The translations under genes and the position numbers were made by a program. Shown here one piece after another: positions 10,553-19,845 of a stretch of DNA of 64,000 nt. The notes beneath the pieces were generated by a model, which searched no databases, was not told where the DNA came from, and saw only the letters and a list, made by a program, of their open reading frames with translations. How positions within the stretch are numbered: position 1 is the first letter of the stretch; each line of letters opens with the position of its first letter. The DNA is from Thermoanaerobaculia bacterium. Its GTDB lineage: Bacteria; Acidobacteriota; Thermoanaerobaculia; Multivoradales; Multivoraceae. Location of the stretch: contig OY762911.1 of the NCBI GenBank assembly GCA_963666565.1, positions 448,001-512,000 of the forward strand, written 5' to 3'.

Positions 10553-12457
10553 GTGGACGACCCCCGCGCGATCTGCGAGCGCCGCGCCGGGCAGCGCGAC
10601 GCGGAATTGCGGCGGGCGCGGCGAATCGAGAAGGCGATCTCCTGGTCGCGGCTGGCCGCCGTGCTGCTGGCGGCGGTCCTGGCCTGGCTCTCGATCCAGG
10701 AGAGGCTGCTCCCCCTGCCGGTGGCCGGTGCACCGGCGCTGGTGTTCGTGGCGCTGGTCGTCCTCCACGAGCGGGTCGTTCGCCGGGTGGCGCTCCTCAA
10801 GCGGCGCCGGACCTTCTACCGGCAGTCGCTCGCCCGGCTGGACGGCGACTGGCGGCGGGGCGGGCACGAGGGTTCGCGCATCGCCGCCGAACACGCCGAG
10901 CACCTCTACGCCGGGGACCTCGACCTGTTCGGCCCCGATTCCCTGTTCCAGATGCTGAGCCGCTCGCGCACCCGCGGCGGCGACGAGCTCCTGTCTGCCT
11001 GGCTGCTCGAGCCGGCGCCGCCCGACGTGGTGCGGAGACGGCAGGACGCCGTGAAGGAGTTGGCGCCGGGGGTCGACTTCCGCGAGCGTCTCGCCGTTCG
11101 GGGAGTTGCCGCGCGCAGCGAACTCGATCCGGCCGCGCTGGCCGGCTGGGCGGAGCGCGACGCCTCCGGCGCCCTGCCCGGCGGCGACCGGGGCAGGGCG
11201 CTGGCGAGGACCCTGCTGGCGCTGGCCGCCGCCGTCAACGTGATCACGCTGGCCGGCTGGCTGTCCTGGGGCTGGGGACCGTCGCCCTTCCTGGGCGCGG
11301 CGGTGCTGGAGATCCTCTGGAGTCTCTCTGTCCGCCGGCGACTGGCGGCCGCCGTCGCCGGCGTGACCCGCGCGAGCAGGGACCTGAACCTCGTCGCCGT
11401 CCTGCTGGACATCGTCGAGCGGGAGCGCTTCGAGAGCCCTCTTCTGGCCGAACTGTCGGCGGAACTGAGGAACGGGGACGGAACCACGGCCTCCGCCAGT
11501 GCCAGGCGGCTGCGCCGGCTCGTCGACCTGCTCGACTCGATGCGCAACGCCTTCTTCGTCCCGTTCGGACTGCTGCTGCTCTGGACGCCGCAGGTCGCCT
11601 GGGCGATCGACTCCTGGCGGCGGCGCCACGGCGACCGGATCGGGTCGTGGCTGCGCGTCGTCGCCGAGGTCGAAGCCCTGGCCAGCCTCGCGTCCTACGC
11701 CTTCGAACACCCGAAGCACGTCTTCCCGGCGGTCGTGGCGCCGGAGGACGAGCGGCCTTCGCTGCTCGTCGGGCGAGGTCTCGGACATCCCCTGCTGCCG
11801 GAAGCCGAATGCGTAGCGAACGACGTCGTCCTCTCGGCCCGTCCGGCGAACGCGGAACGAGGCGGCACGGCGCCCGGCGCCGAGCCGCTCGACGGCGGCG
11901 GCGCCCCGGGAACGCCGCCCCAGGCGCTCATCGTCAGCGGCTCGAACATGTCCGGCAAGAGCACCCTGCTGAGAACCGTCGGCGCGAACGTCGTCCTGGC
12001 CCTCGCCGGCGCCCCGGTGCGCGCGCAGTCGCTGCGGCTCGTGCCGCTCGCCATCGGTTCCTCGATCCAGCTTCGCGACTCTCTCGCCGCGGGCCAGTCC
12101 CGCTTCTACGCCGAGATCGTGAAGCTCAAGTCCGTACTCGATCTGACCGGCCGCGGGACGTCCGTGCTGTTCCTCCTCGACGAGATCCTTCACGGCACGA
12201 ACTCCCACGACCGGAGAGTCGGCGCCGAGGCCCTGATCCGCGGCCTGCTGGATCGCGGCGCGATCGGCCTCGTGACCACCCACGACCTGGCCCTGGCGAA
12301 GATCGCCGGCGCCTCTACACCGTCCCGGCTCCGCAACGTCCACTTCCAGGACCGGCTGGAGGACGGCCGGATCCGCTTCGACTACCGGCTGCGCGACGGC
12401 ACCGTCACCCGCAGCAACGCCCTCGACCTGATGCGCCAAGTCGGCCTGGACGTGTAG
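10553..12457 (+). CDS. membrane-anchored MutS domain V ATPase (short MutS-related protein)
   Basis: SGSNMSGKST, DSLAAGQSRFYAE, FLLDEILHGTNS, TTHDL; hydrophobic N-terminal segments. Confidence 0.88.
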   Translation: MDDPRAICERRAGQRDAELRRARRIEKAISWSRLAAVLLAAVLAWLSIQERLLPLPVAGAPALVFVALVVLHERVVRRVALLKRRRTFYRQSLARLDGDWRRGGHEGSRIAAEHAEHLYAGDLDLFGPDSLFQMLSRSRTRGGDELLSAWLLEPAPPDVVRRRQDAVKELAPGVDFRERLAVRGVAARSELDPAALAGWAERDASGALPGGDRGRALARTLLALAAAVNVITLAGWLSWGWGPSPFLGAAVLEILWSLSVRRRLAAAVAGVTRASRDLNLVAVLLDIVERERFESPLLAELSAELRNGDGTTASASARRLRRLVDLLDSMRNAFFVPFGLLLLWTPQVAWAIDSWRRRHGDRIGSWLRVVAEVEALASLASYAFEHPKHVFPAVVAPEDERPSLLVGRGLGHPLLPEAECVANDVVLSARPANAERGGTAPGAEPLDGGGAPGTPPQALIVSGSNMSGKSTLLRTVGANVVLALAGAPVRAQSLRLVPLAIGSSIQLRDSLAAGQSRFYAEIVKLKSVLDLTGRGTSVLFLLDEILHGTNSHDRRVGAEALIRGLLDRGAIGLVTTHDLALAKIAGASTPSRLRNVHFQDRLEDGRIRFDYRLRDGTVTRSNALDLMRQVGLDV

Positions 12458-12597
12458 GATCGGGGCCGGCGCGGGCTTTGTCCCGCTGGTCCCGGCGTCA
12501 GTACCGCACTGCAGTGCAGGGCGGAAGGCCGGAGGATGGCAGTCTTGAGTCCACGGAATCCTCAACTCCTCGGTCTTCGTGTAGAATCGACGGTCCA

Positions 12598-13608
12598 ATG
12601 ACCGCGACGGTTCTTCCCTTCCACTCGTCGCCCAAGCCGGCGTTCATCCCGGAGAGCGTTCCCGCTCCCGAGCCGGAGACGTACGTGGTGGATTCCGCCG
12701 AGGACTTCGAGACGCTGAGGGATCGCGCTCGGGAGTTCGTCGCCAGAGGTTCATACCGGGAAGCGGCCACGGTCTACCAGCGAGCCGTCGAGGTAGCGAC
12801 CGCGGCCGGAGAGACCGACCTCGCCGACGAAGCCCTCTGCGGTTGGGGCGCGGCGGAAACGGAACTCGGCAACGGCGCCGAGGTGATGCCGGAGCTCCGG
12901 CGGATCCTGCTTGGCAGTCCGGTCGACCACAACTGCTGCCTGGCCGCTTACACGCTGGCACGCGCCCACGAGCTGGAAGGTCAGGTCAAGAAGGCGCTGT
13001 TCTATGCCCGGCTGTTCCGCGACCGCGCGGAGTACGTCGAGCGTGGAGGGCTCCCCGGTTTGGCGCAGAACCTCCTGGGCAACCTCCTGGTGGCCGAGGG
13101 CAGGGAAGACGAGGCTGCGGTTTGCTATCGAGCGGCGCTTCGCCGCGCTGAGGACGCACCTTCCACGTGGAGGGCCGGCGCCGAGACGAATCTGGGCTAC
13201 TGCCTGCTCGTCAGCGCAACAACGAGCCGAGGACTTCGCCGCGCCAGAATGCGAGAAGGGCTGCGATTGATCTACCGGAGCATTCGGACGTTCCGGCGCG
13301 AAGGTGCGCTCCAGTACAGCATGCTTCCGCACCTCGACCTGTGCTTCGCCCATCTGGAGTTGAAACGTCCCACCTCCGCACGGCGGCACGGACGACGCGC
13401 ACTCGCACTCGCAAAGCGCTACGAGGATCTCGCGACACTCAAGAACGCGCTCTACCTGCTCGGCCATGCGGCACTGCTGGAAGGAGATACGGAAGCAGCG
13501 CGTCAGTGCTTCGACGAACTCGGAGAGCGTTTCTACCCCCATCAAGCCGGTTTGGCCGACCTGCTGATGTCGGTCGACTTCCGTCAAGTGGTGAACCTGA
13601 GAGCATGA
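12598..13608 (+). CDS. tetratricopeptide-repeat protein, no evident catalytic or HTH domain
   Basis: Tail of ORF 8335..13608; repeated TPR-like helices (AYTLARAHELEGQVKKALFY, NLLGNLLVAEGREDEAAVCY, NLGYCLL, NALYLLG); TAGAAT 10 nt upstream of ATG. Confidence 0.8.
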   Translation: MTATVLPFHSSPKPAFIPESVPAPEPETYVVDSAEDFETLRDRAREFVARGSYREAATVYQRAVEVATAAGETDLADEALCGWGAAETELGNGAEVMPELRRILLGSPVDHNCCLAAYTLARAHELEGQVKKALFYARLFRDRAEYVERGGLPGLAQNLLGNLLVAEGREDEAAVCYRAALRRAEDAPSTWRAGAETNLGYCLLVSATTSRGLRRARMREGLRLIYRSIRTFRREGALQYSMLPHLDLCFAHLELKRPTSARRHGRRALALAKRYEDLATLKNALYLLGHAALLEGDTEAARQCFDELGERFYPHQAGLADLLMSVDFRQVVNLRA

Positions 13609-15059
13609 TGAACGGTACGCTCACCAAGTTCCTGAATGGCGTGAAGCCGGCGGGCATCTTCGTCTGGACGACGCTGGCCCTGATGCTCAGCGGCGGTGCA
13701 GTGCACGCCACGGGCAGTGCGCCCGTACTGGGCAAGAGCGGCGACGTCTACCAGATCGCCGTGGGAATCTACAGCGACCTCTTCCCGGGCGGCAGTGAGG
13801 CTTCTGGCGACGCAGAGGTCCTGCGATTGGAGGCTCGGCGCGGTGCCGGCAGGGTCGAGCATTACCTGGTTCCCGGCAGTGAATCGAACGACAGCGACCG
13901 GACGCCGTCCCTCTTCTTCGACGCTTCCACCGGGAAGCTGTACGTGGTGTGGTCGAGCAGCAACACCTCGACTCTGACCCGGATCAACCTCGCCTCCTTC
14001 GACGGTAGCGAGTGGTCCGCGACGATCGAGGTTTCCGGGAACATCTACAGCGAGAAGTCGGCGCCGCGCCTCGCCGTCACCCACGATCGCTTTGAACTGG
14101 CCGGAGAGACTACCGGCGAGTCGAGTACCCGGACAGTCCTCCATGTGGTCTGGTCGGAAGGCACAGGCGGCGAGAAGGTCATGTACGCACCAGTCGTGTT
14201 GATCGACGGCGAGCTCGCCTCCACCTGGCGCCGCGTTCACACGCTGAACCACTACGTATCGCAGCAACTGGTCGACGATCCGCACCACGGCCAGGTAGCG
14301 ACGAAGTTGCTCTCCGCTCCCACAGTTGACGCGGGCAGTGAACCGAACGCCGTGGTCATCGGTTTCGCAGACGGCGACACCGGAGCCCTCGTCCAACTGG
14401 AGCTTTCGACGCCGGCCACCGAGCTTTCCGAACTCGCTGACAGCGTGGCAGACCATCTCGAATCGTCCGATCTCTGTAAACGGATCGCGGACGACGAGTC
14501 GGCTGCGCTGACGAGCGTTGCCGAAGCCGCACGAGTTCACATCGTGCTCGTGGGGCGTCGAATCCGCAGTCGGGTGCTCAGCCCGCTTGCCGAAGACGTC
14601 AAGAACGTACTAGTCCGCCGAGGCGCTGCTCTCTGCGCTGACGGCGGACTGATGAGCGTTTCGAGTGCCGCCAGAGTCCACATCGTGCTCGTAGGCGCCC
14701 GAGCCCAGGAGGGCGAGCTCCTTGAAGGCGCCGCGAACAACGATGCCCACGTCCTCCTCGCCGCCGCCCAGGAAGTCGGAGACGACGTCTACGTCCAGCA
14801 CCTCGCCCGGCTGCAGGTGAAGTCGGAGCGGGTCGCGCCCACTATCGGCCAAGGCGAACCGACGATCTTCGTCTCGCCCAAGGGCGCCGGCGCGGTCGTC
14901 GTCTGGGAGAACGGCAACATCCTGCGCTACGTCGAGACGCTGCCCGGCGACTTCGCCAGCGACGCCTGGAGCAACTCCTACACACTCCAGATCGGCAGCA
15001 CGCTCTCGCGCTCCGAGGCCTATTCGATGCTTCGGGATCGCGCCCGCTCCCTCGAGTAG
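13605..15059 (+). CDS. secreted hypothetical protein with repeated AARVHIVLVG motif
   Basis: ATGA overlap with TPR gene; signal-peptide-like N-terminus ending AVHA; beta-rich N-half; decapeptide repeated twice. Confidence 0.75.
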   Translation: MMNGTLTKFLNGVKPAGIFVWTTLALMLSGGAVHATGSAPVLGKSGDVYQIAVGIYSDLFPGGSEASGDAEVLRLEARRGAGRVEHYLVPGSESNDSDRTPSLFFDASTGKLYVVWSSSNTSTLTRINLASFDGSEWSATIEVSGNIYSEKSAPRLAVTHDRFELAGETTGESSTRTVLHVVWSEGTGGEKVMYAPVVLIDGELASTWRRVHTLNHYVSQQLVDDPHHGQVATKLLSAPTVDAGSEPNAVVIGFADGDTGALVQLELSTPATELSELADSVADHLESSDLCKRIADDESAALTSVAEAARVHIVLVGRRIRSRVLSPLAEDVKNVLVRRGAALCADGGLMSVSSAARVHIVLVGARAQEGELLEGAANNDAHVLLAAAQEVGDDVYVQHLARLQVKSERVAPTIGQGEPTIFVSPKGAGAVVVWENGNILRYVETLPGDFASDAWSNSYTLQIGSTLSRSEAYSMLRDRARSLE

Positions 15060-15149
15060 GGTCGAGCACGTCACGTACTCTCCGTCGAATCGGTGCCGGC
15101 CTGGCGGCCGGCGCGTTTCCCGGCAGCAACTGGCCGATGACGACGTCCA

Positions 15150-15321
15150 GCCTGCCGGGGCCAGCGAAGGGGCGCCCGGCGGGCTGGAGGCAAGCGCCGC
15201 CTGACGCCGCCACGCCAACCGACGCCGACGTGGAGCGCAGCCGACCGAAGCGAGCGCGGCTTACCCTTCACCAAGAGAGCGCGAGCGGCCGCTGGGCGCC
15301 CCTTCCCTGGCCCCGGCAGGC
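15150..15321. repeat. ~33-bp inverted repeat pair between convergent genes
   Basis: gcctgccggggccagcgaaggggcgcccggcgg (15150-15182) vs ccgctgggcgccccttccctggccccggcaggc (15289-15321), 2 mismatches. Confidence 0.8.
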
Positions 15322-15362
15322 GGGTGAGTCCGGGATGCCGCCGAAGACGGACGCGGCTCGGG

Positions 15363-16658
15363 CTACGGACCCAGCCGGACGGCGCGGTCCGATCCGCCGA
15401 GGAGTTCGTGCCGCAAGGCGTCCCGGCGTTCGAAGAACGCCGGCAGCAAGTCCTCCGCCAGCGGCGGCACGGGCTCGCTCACCAGGGCCGCCGGGTTGAT
15501 CCAGCGGCCGTTCCGCTGTACCCGATAGTCGAGGTGAGGTCCCGTCGAAAGACCGCTGGAGCCCACGTAACCGACGACCTGCCCCTGAGCGACCCGCGCT
15601 CCCGCGTGGATGCCCTGCGCGTAGCCTGAGAGGTGCAGGTACGCCGTCAGATAGCCGTTGGCGTGGCGCAACCGGACCGTCCGTCCGCCGCCGCCTCGCA
15701 CGCCCGCCGAAACGACCGTGCCGTCCGCGGTCGCCCGCACCGGGGTTCCGACCGGCGCGCCGTAGTCGACGCCGTAGTGCGGCATCCGCCGCTTCAGGAT
15801 CGGGTGGAAGCGACTCAGCGAGAAGCGGGACGTGACTCTCGAGTACGGCAGCGGCGAACGCAGGAACTGCCGCTGCAGAGGTTGACCGTCGCCGTCGTAG
15901 TACCGGTTCGAGCCCGTCTGGCCGCCGTCCTCGCCCTGGAATCCGTAGGCCTCGAGCCAGCGCTCCCGGTTCCGGTAGCGGAGCGCGTGGACCCGAGCCG
16001 CGCCCTGCGTCCGGCCGTCCAGCAGGAGTTCGTCGAACAGGATCTCGAAGCGGTCGCCGACCCGCAGGTCCCGATTGAAGTCGAGGTCCCACTGCAGCAC
16101 CCTCGCCATGCTGCCGGCCAGGTTCGCAGGCCCGCCGGCTCGGCGAAGCGAGGTCTCCAGGGCGCCCCGCAGCTCGCCGCGGACGAGGCGGCGAACGTGA
16201 GTGCGCCGGTAGGGACGGTAGCGGCTCGTCCAGACCCCGCGATTCCGGTCCGCCAGGACGACGCCCTGGCCGCGGCGCGGCAGCACGATGCCGACGAGTC
16301 CCTCGTCCCGGCGAACCATCGAGTAGACGAACTCCCGAGCGCGCAGCTTCCGGGGGTCCAGGACCTCGCTGACCGCCGTGCTGGCCCGGTGGAGTTCGGC
16401 CGCCGGAACGCCGGCCCGGAGCAGGACCTCGTCGAGGGTGTCGCCCCTCCGAATCTCGCGCTCCAGCGGGAACGGCGCGCGGTCCAACGCCGCCGGGTCC
16501 AACGCCGAGGCCGAATCGTCCTCGACCGCGCCGCCCGGGGCCGCGGCGTCCAACCTGATGGGGGACGGCGCGGGACGCACCGCGAGCCAGCCCAGGACGA
16601 GCGCCAGAGCGACGCTCGAGAGAACCGCGGCCCAGCGCCCACGTTGTTCAGTACGCAC
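15363..16658 (-). CDS. M23 family peptidoglycan DD-metalloendopeptidase (MepM-like)
   Basis: HYGVDYGAPVGTPV, YLHLS, TGPHLDY; N-terminal TM anchor. Confidence 0.92.
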   Translation of the reverse strand: MRTEQRGRWAAVLSSVALALVLGWLAVRPAPSPIRLDAAAPGGAVEDDSASALDPAALDRAPFPLEREIRRGDTLDEVLLRAGVPAAELHRASTAVSEVLDPRKLRAREFVYSMVRRDEGLVGIVLPRRGQGVVLADRNRGVWTSRYRPYRRTHVRRLVRGELRGALETSLRRAGGPANLAGSMARVLQWDLDFNRDLRVGDRFEILFDELLLDGRTQGAARVHALRYRNRERWLEAYGFQGEDGGQTGSNRYYDGDGQPLQRQFLRSPLPYSRVTSRFSLSRFHPILKRRMPHYGVDYGAPVGTPVRATADGTVVSAGVRGGGGRTVRLRHANGYLTAYLHLSGYAQGIHAGARVAQGQVVGYVGSSGLSTGPHLDYRVQRNGRWINPAALVSEPVPPLAEDLLPAFFERRDALRHELLGGSDRAVRLGP

Positions 16659-16744
16659 GATTCAGGAACCTGCCGGGCCGGAGCCCGGAAGCCCTATTCT
16701 GCCATGCTGGGCCCGGTCTGGCACGAGCTTGCAGTTGTCGTCGG

Positions 16745-16806
16745 CGCTTCGCGGCGCGGTCTCCTGGCCGCCTCCCGCGGCAGCGGGTCGTAAGACCCGC
16801 GCACCC
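16745..16806 (+). repeat. REP-like palindrome, family A
   Basis: cgcttcgcggcgcg..cctggccgcc..GCGGGTC-gtaa-GACCCGC-GCACCC. Confidence 0.7.
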
Positions 16807-16878
16807 GGAGCCGCGGAGTCTGAAGCGCGCGTCTCTCGAACCGCCCCGAGCCCAGGCACCGGGCGGCGCGCTGCGCCC

Positions 16879-17499
16879 TCAGGCCGCGTCCTGCTGCCTC
16901 GACCGCATCTTCCTGGGCATGCCGGAGCGGATGTAGCCATGCTCGCGGGCGTACCTCAGGAGGACGGCCTCCAGCTTGCGCCTGCCCCGGTAGAGCCGGC
17001 TCATGACGGTCCCCAGGGGAATGCCGAGCCGATCCGCGATCTCGCGGTAGGACAGTCCCTGCAGGTCGGCCAGCTCGACCGCCGTCCGGTAGTCCTCGGG
17101 AAGCGCCTCGAGAGCCTGCTGAACGTCCTGGTCGAGAGCGCCGATCATCAGTTCTTCCTCCGGGGTGGCGCCGCGCGCGGTCAACGGGGACTCGAGGAGC
17201 TTCGACTCGAAGGCTCCCTCGATCTCGTCGAACGAGTTCTTGAGCGGCTGGCGCTGGCGCTTCCGGTAGCGATTGATGAACGTGTTCTTGAGGATCTTGA
17301 AGAGCCAGGCCTTGAAGTTCGTCCCTTCCTGGAACTTGTCGTAGTACTTGTACGCCCGCAGGTAGGTCTCCTGCAGGAGATCCTCGGCGTCCTGCCGGTT
17401 GCGGGACATCCGGTAGGCCGTGCTGTAGAGACTGTCCATGAAGGGCAGCACCTCGGCCTCGAAGTTCCAGCGGCCGTTGTGATCGGCTATGGCGCTCAT
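16879..17499 (-). CDS. ECF sigma-70 factor (SigH/SigR-like)
   Basis: [34 protein letters not shown]...[11 protein letters not shown]; GGGGGAGG RBS. Confidence 0.93.
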   Translation of the reverse strand: MSAIADHNGRWNFEAEVLPFMDSLYSTAYRMSRNRQDAEDLLQETYLRAYKYYDKFQEGTNFKAWLFKILKNTFINRYRKRQRQPLKNSFDEIEGAFESKLLESPLTARGATPEEELMIGALDQDVQQALEALPEDYRTAVELADLQGLSYREIADRLGIPLGTVMSRLYRGRRKLEAVLLRYAREHGYIRSGMPRKMRSRQQDAA

Positions 17500-17555
17500 G
17501 CGGTTTGCCTCCCCCGTCGCTGTAGTGGATCGCGACGCCTTGCGCGGGAGAAGTC

Positions 17556-17572
17556 AGCACATTCGGTGCCAA
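17556..17572 (-). promoter_or_regulatory. putative sigma54 (-24/-12) promoter for the ECF sigma gene
   Basis: Minus strand TTGGCACCGAATGTGCT with exact GG-N10-GC spacing. Confidence 0.55.
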
Positions 17573-17801
17573 GTACCGCAGTCGGGACGGCAGAACCGTC
17601 ATCTCGTTGTCAGAGCACGGTTCTCGGCCCGACGCAGCCAGCATTGAGGCGAGCGCCGACGCTTACGCGGCGCTCCGTCAAGCGCCAAAATGGCCGGCGC
17701 GCGCCACGCGGGACGCGCAAGCCAGCCGAGTCAGCGCCGCGCAGACGCGGCGTTGGCTTTGCATGGAAACTGGCCGCCAGAACGGAGCCAGCCTGCCGGC
17801 C

Positions 17802-17856
17802 GGCGCGAGTCCTTGGCCGCCTGCGGCGGCAGCCGGCGGGGACGCCGGCGCATCCA
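17802..17856 (+). repeat. REP-like palindrome, family A variant
   Basis: Same tggccgcctgcggcggcagc leader, with hairpin GCCGGCG-ggga-CGCCGGC-GCATCC. Confidence 0.55.
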
Positions 17857-17908
17857 GTATGCGGCCAGTTCCCTGCGCGACAGCGCAGCCTGACGGCTGC
17901 GAATACTC

Positions 17909-18229
17909 CTAGACGAAGCCGGCGCCGCGAAGCGCGATGACCAGGGCGTAGATGACGACCGACTCCATGAACGCCAGACCGATCAGCAGCATGATCTGGA
18001 TGCGGCCGCCGGCGCCGGGATTCCGCGCCAGACCCGCGCAGGCCTCGCCGGTCGCGCGGCCCTGGCCGATTGCGCCGCCCGCCGCGGCGATACCGATGCC
18101 CACGGCGGCGCCCAGCAGGCCGAGATTGGCGCCGCCGCCGTCGCCTTCTGCGCCGTCCTGAGCCAGGGCCGGAGCGGCAAACAGGGTGAGCAGCACGGCC
18201 ACGAGAAGGACGAGCTTTGACTTCTTCAT
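17909..18229 (-). CDS. atpE: ATP synthase Fo subunit c
   Basis: GxGxGxG-like helix, ARNP loop, AFMES; N-terminal signal-like extension. Confidence 0.93.
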   Translation of the reverse strand: MKKSKLVLLVAVLLTLFAAPALAQDGAEGDGGGANLGLLGAAVGIGIAAAGGAIGQGRATGEACAGLARNPGAGGRIQIMLLIGLAFMESVVIYALVIALRGAGFV

Positions 18230-18245
18230 TTCCTGAGAGTCCCTT

Positions 18246-18968
18246 TCAGTGTGCCGACGCCTCAGCCTCGGCGATGTAAACGGTGGTCAACATGATGAAG
18301 ATGAAGGTCTGCAGCGTCGCGGCCAGGAGGCCGAGCGCCATGATCGGCAACGGCAGTGCAAGGGGAACCAGACTGAAGATGGCGGCCGCGGCGAGGTGTT
18401 CGCCGAAGACGTTCCCGAACAGCCGCATGCCGAGCGAGAGCACGCGAGCTGCGTGACTGATGATCTCGAGCGGGATGAACAGCGGAGCAAGCCACAGGAC
18501 CGGACCAACGAAGTGCGCGAAGTAACGCAGGCCGTGCCGGCGCAGGCCGAACAGGTGGTACAGCACCCATGCCGTAATGGAGAGGGCGAACGTGACGTTG
18601 ACGTTCTGGGTCGGGGGCAGCAGGAAGAAGATGGACCCCGACAGGTTGCTGACGAAGATGAAGAAGGCGAACGAGGCGATCAGGGGCAGATGTCGCGAGC
18701 CGCCCTCGCCGATCGTCTCCTCGAGGAGGTTTCGCATCCAGTCGAGGACAATCTCGACGACCTGTTGCACCTTGCCTGGGTCGTCCCGATTCAGTCCGTT
18801 CGACACGACCGCCCCCAGCGTCGTCACGACGCCGAAGACGAACAGCGCCATGACGACGTGGTCCGGCACTTCGGGGGGAAGGCTATCTTCGGCGCCCGTC
18901 AGGCCGACGCCGGCCTTCCAGACCGCGTTCACGGGCTCGTAGAAGATGGAGTGTTCGCCGGCAGCCAT
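18246..18968 (-). CDS. atpB: ATP synthase Fo subunit a
   Basis: PPTQNVN, LEIISHAARVLSLGMRLFGN, LQTFIFIMLT. Confidence 0.95.
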   Translation of the reverse strand: MAAGEHSIFYEPVNAVWKAGVGLTGAEDSLPPEVPDHVVMALFVFGVVTTLGAVVSNGLNRDDPGKVQQVVEIVLDWMRNLLEETIGEGGSRHLPLIASFAFFIFVSNLSGSIFFLLPPTQNVNVTFALSITAWVLYHLFGLRRHGLRYFAHFVGPVLWLAPLFIPLEIISHAARVLSLGMRLFGNVFGEHLAAAAIFSLVPLALPLPIMALGLLAATLQTFIFIMLTTVYIAEAEASAH

Positions 18969-19090
18969 GACAGTCGGAGACGTTCGGACGTGAAGGGACG
19001 GTGACCGTTGCTGAGACGGGAGAGTCGGGCGTGGTGGGGATTACGCGGTATCGAATCGAAGTGCCGGTCGAACTGGAGTCGATACGGGAG

Positions 19091-19522
19091 CTAGCGAACG
19101 GAACCGAGGCGACCCACAAGCTCTGAGACGACCAGCGCGAGGGGCACGACCGAGAATCCCAGGATCAGCGCGATGAACTCCCTTGACCCCACCAGCAGGG
19201 CCGCAACGATGAAAGCGCTCAACAGCGAATAGCGGAGAACCGTGAAGAGAGTGTTCCTGGCGCCGGCACGCCCGTTGGCGTCCGGCTCCAACGCGCGAAC
19301 CTGCATCTCCAGGCCGCGGAAGCTGAAACTACTGACGAGCCCCGCGGCTGTCAAGGCAATTGCGGCGCCCGGACTCCATGCCAGGGCTGCCACGCCTCCC
19401 AGGGTCGTCAGCAGCAGCGACCAGCGAAGAACGCGCTTCGACATCGCGGCCAGTCGGTCGTGCCTTCCGGACGCGCCGCGGAAGCCGAGCAGACGGGCCG
19501 CTTCACGAGCGGCCGAGCTCAT
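19091..19522 (-). CDS. ATP synthase protein I-like membrane protein (start may be 19444)
   Basis: About four hydrophobic segments, positioned between atpZ-like gene and atpB. Confidence 0.65.
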   Translation of the reverse strand: MSSAAREAARLLGFRGASGRHDRLAAMSKRVLRWSLLLTTLGGVAALAWSPGAAIALTAAGLVSSFSFRGLEMQVRALEPDANGRAGARNTLFTVLRYSLLSAFIVAALLVGSREFIALILGFSVVPLALVVSELVGRLGSVR

Positions 19523-19733
19523 CGTTCTCCTCGTCCGCGCTGACGCGCCGGATCGTCTGGTAGGCGTTGTAGAAGCCAGCCGCGACACCGAACAGGAAGC
19601 CGATCATCGCCCCGGTCTTCTCGGCGCCGAACCAGTCTCCGACCGTCTGGCCGGCAAGGAAGCCGAGGACGGAGGCCACCGGGAAGACGAGGCCGATGAC
19701 GGCCACGTCGAGAACACGGACTGGCAGGCGCAT
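19503..19733 (-). CDS. AtpZ/AtpI family protein
   Basis: Two TM helices, GxxxGxxxxD, GFLFGVAAGFYN; first gene of the atp cluster. Confidence 0.75.
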   Translation of the reverse strand: MRLPVRVLDVAVIGLVFPVASVLGFLAGQTVGDWFGAEKTGAMIGFLFGVAAGFYNAYQTIRRVSADEENDELGRS

Positions 19734-19845
19734 TCGGAGTCCATCCTACGCCAACGAACGCCCGCCGCGGAGCGCCACGGCTTCCGGGGCCGCCTTCCGG
19801 AAGCGGACGTGGGCGCCGGCGCTTCCGGTTCCGCGGCACAGGTTC

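Noticed and set aside
16719-16733. TGGCACGAGCTTGCA sigma54-like motif
   Set aside because: GG-to-GC spacing is 9, not 10, and no plus-strand gene follows.
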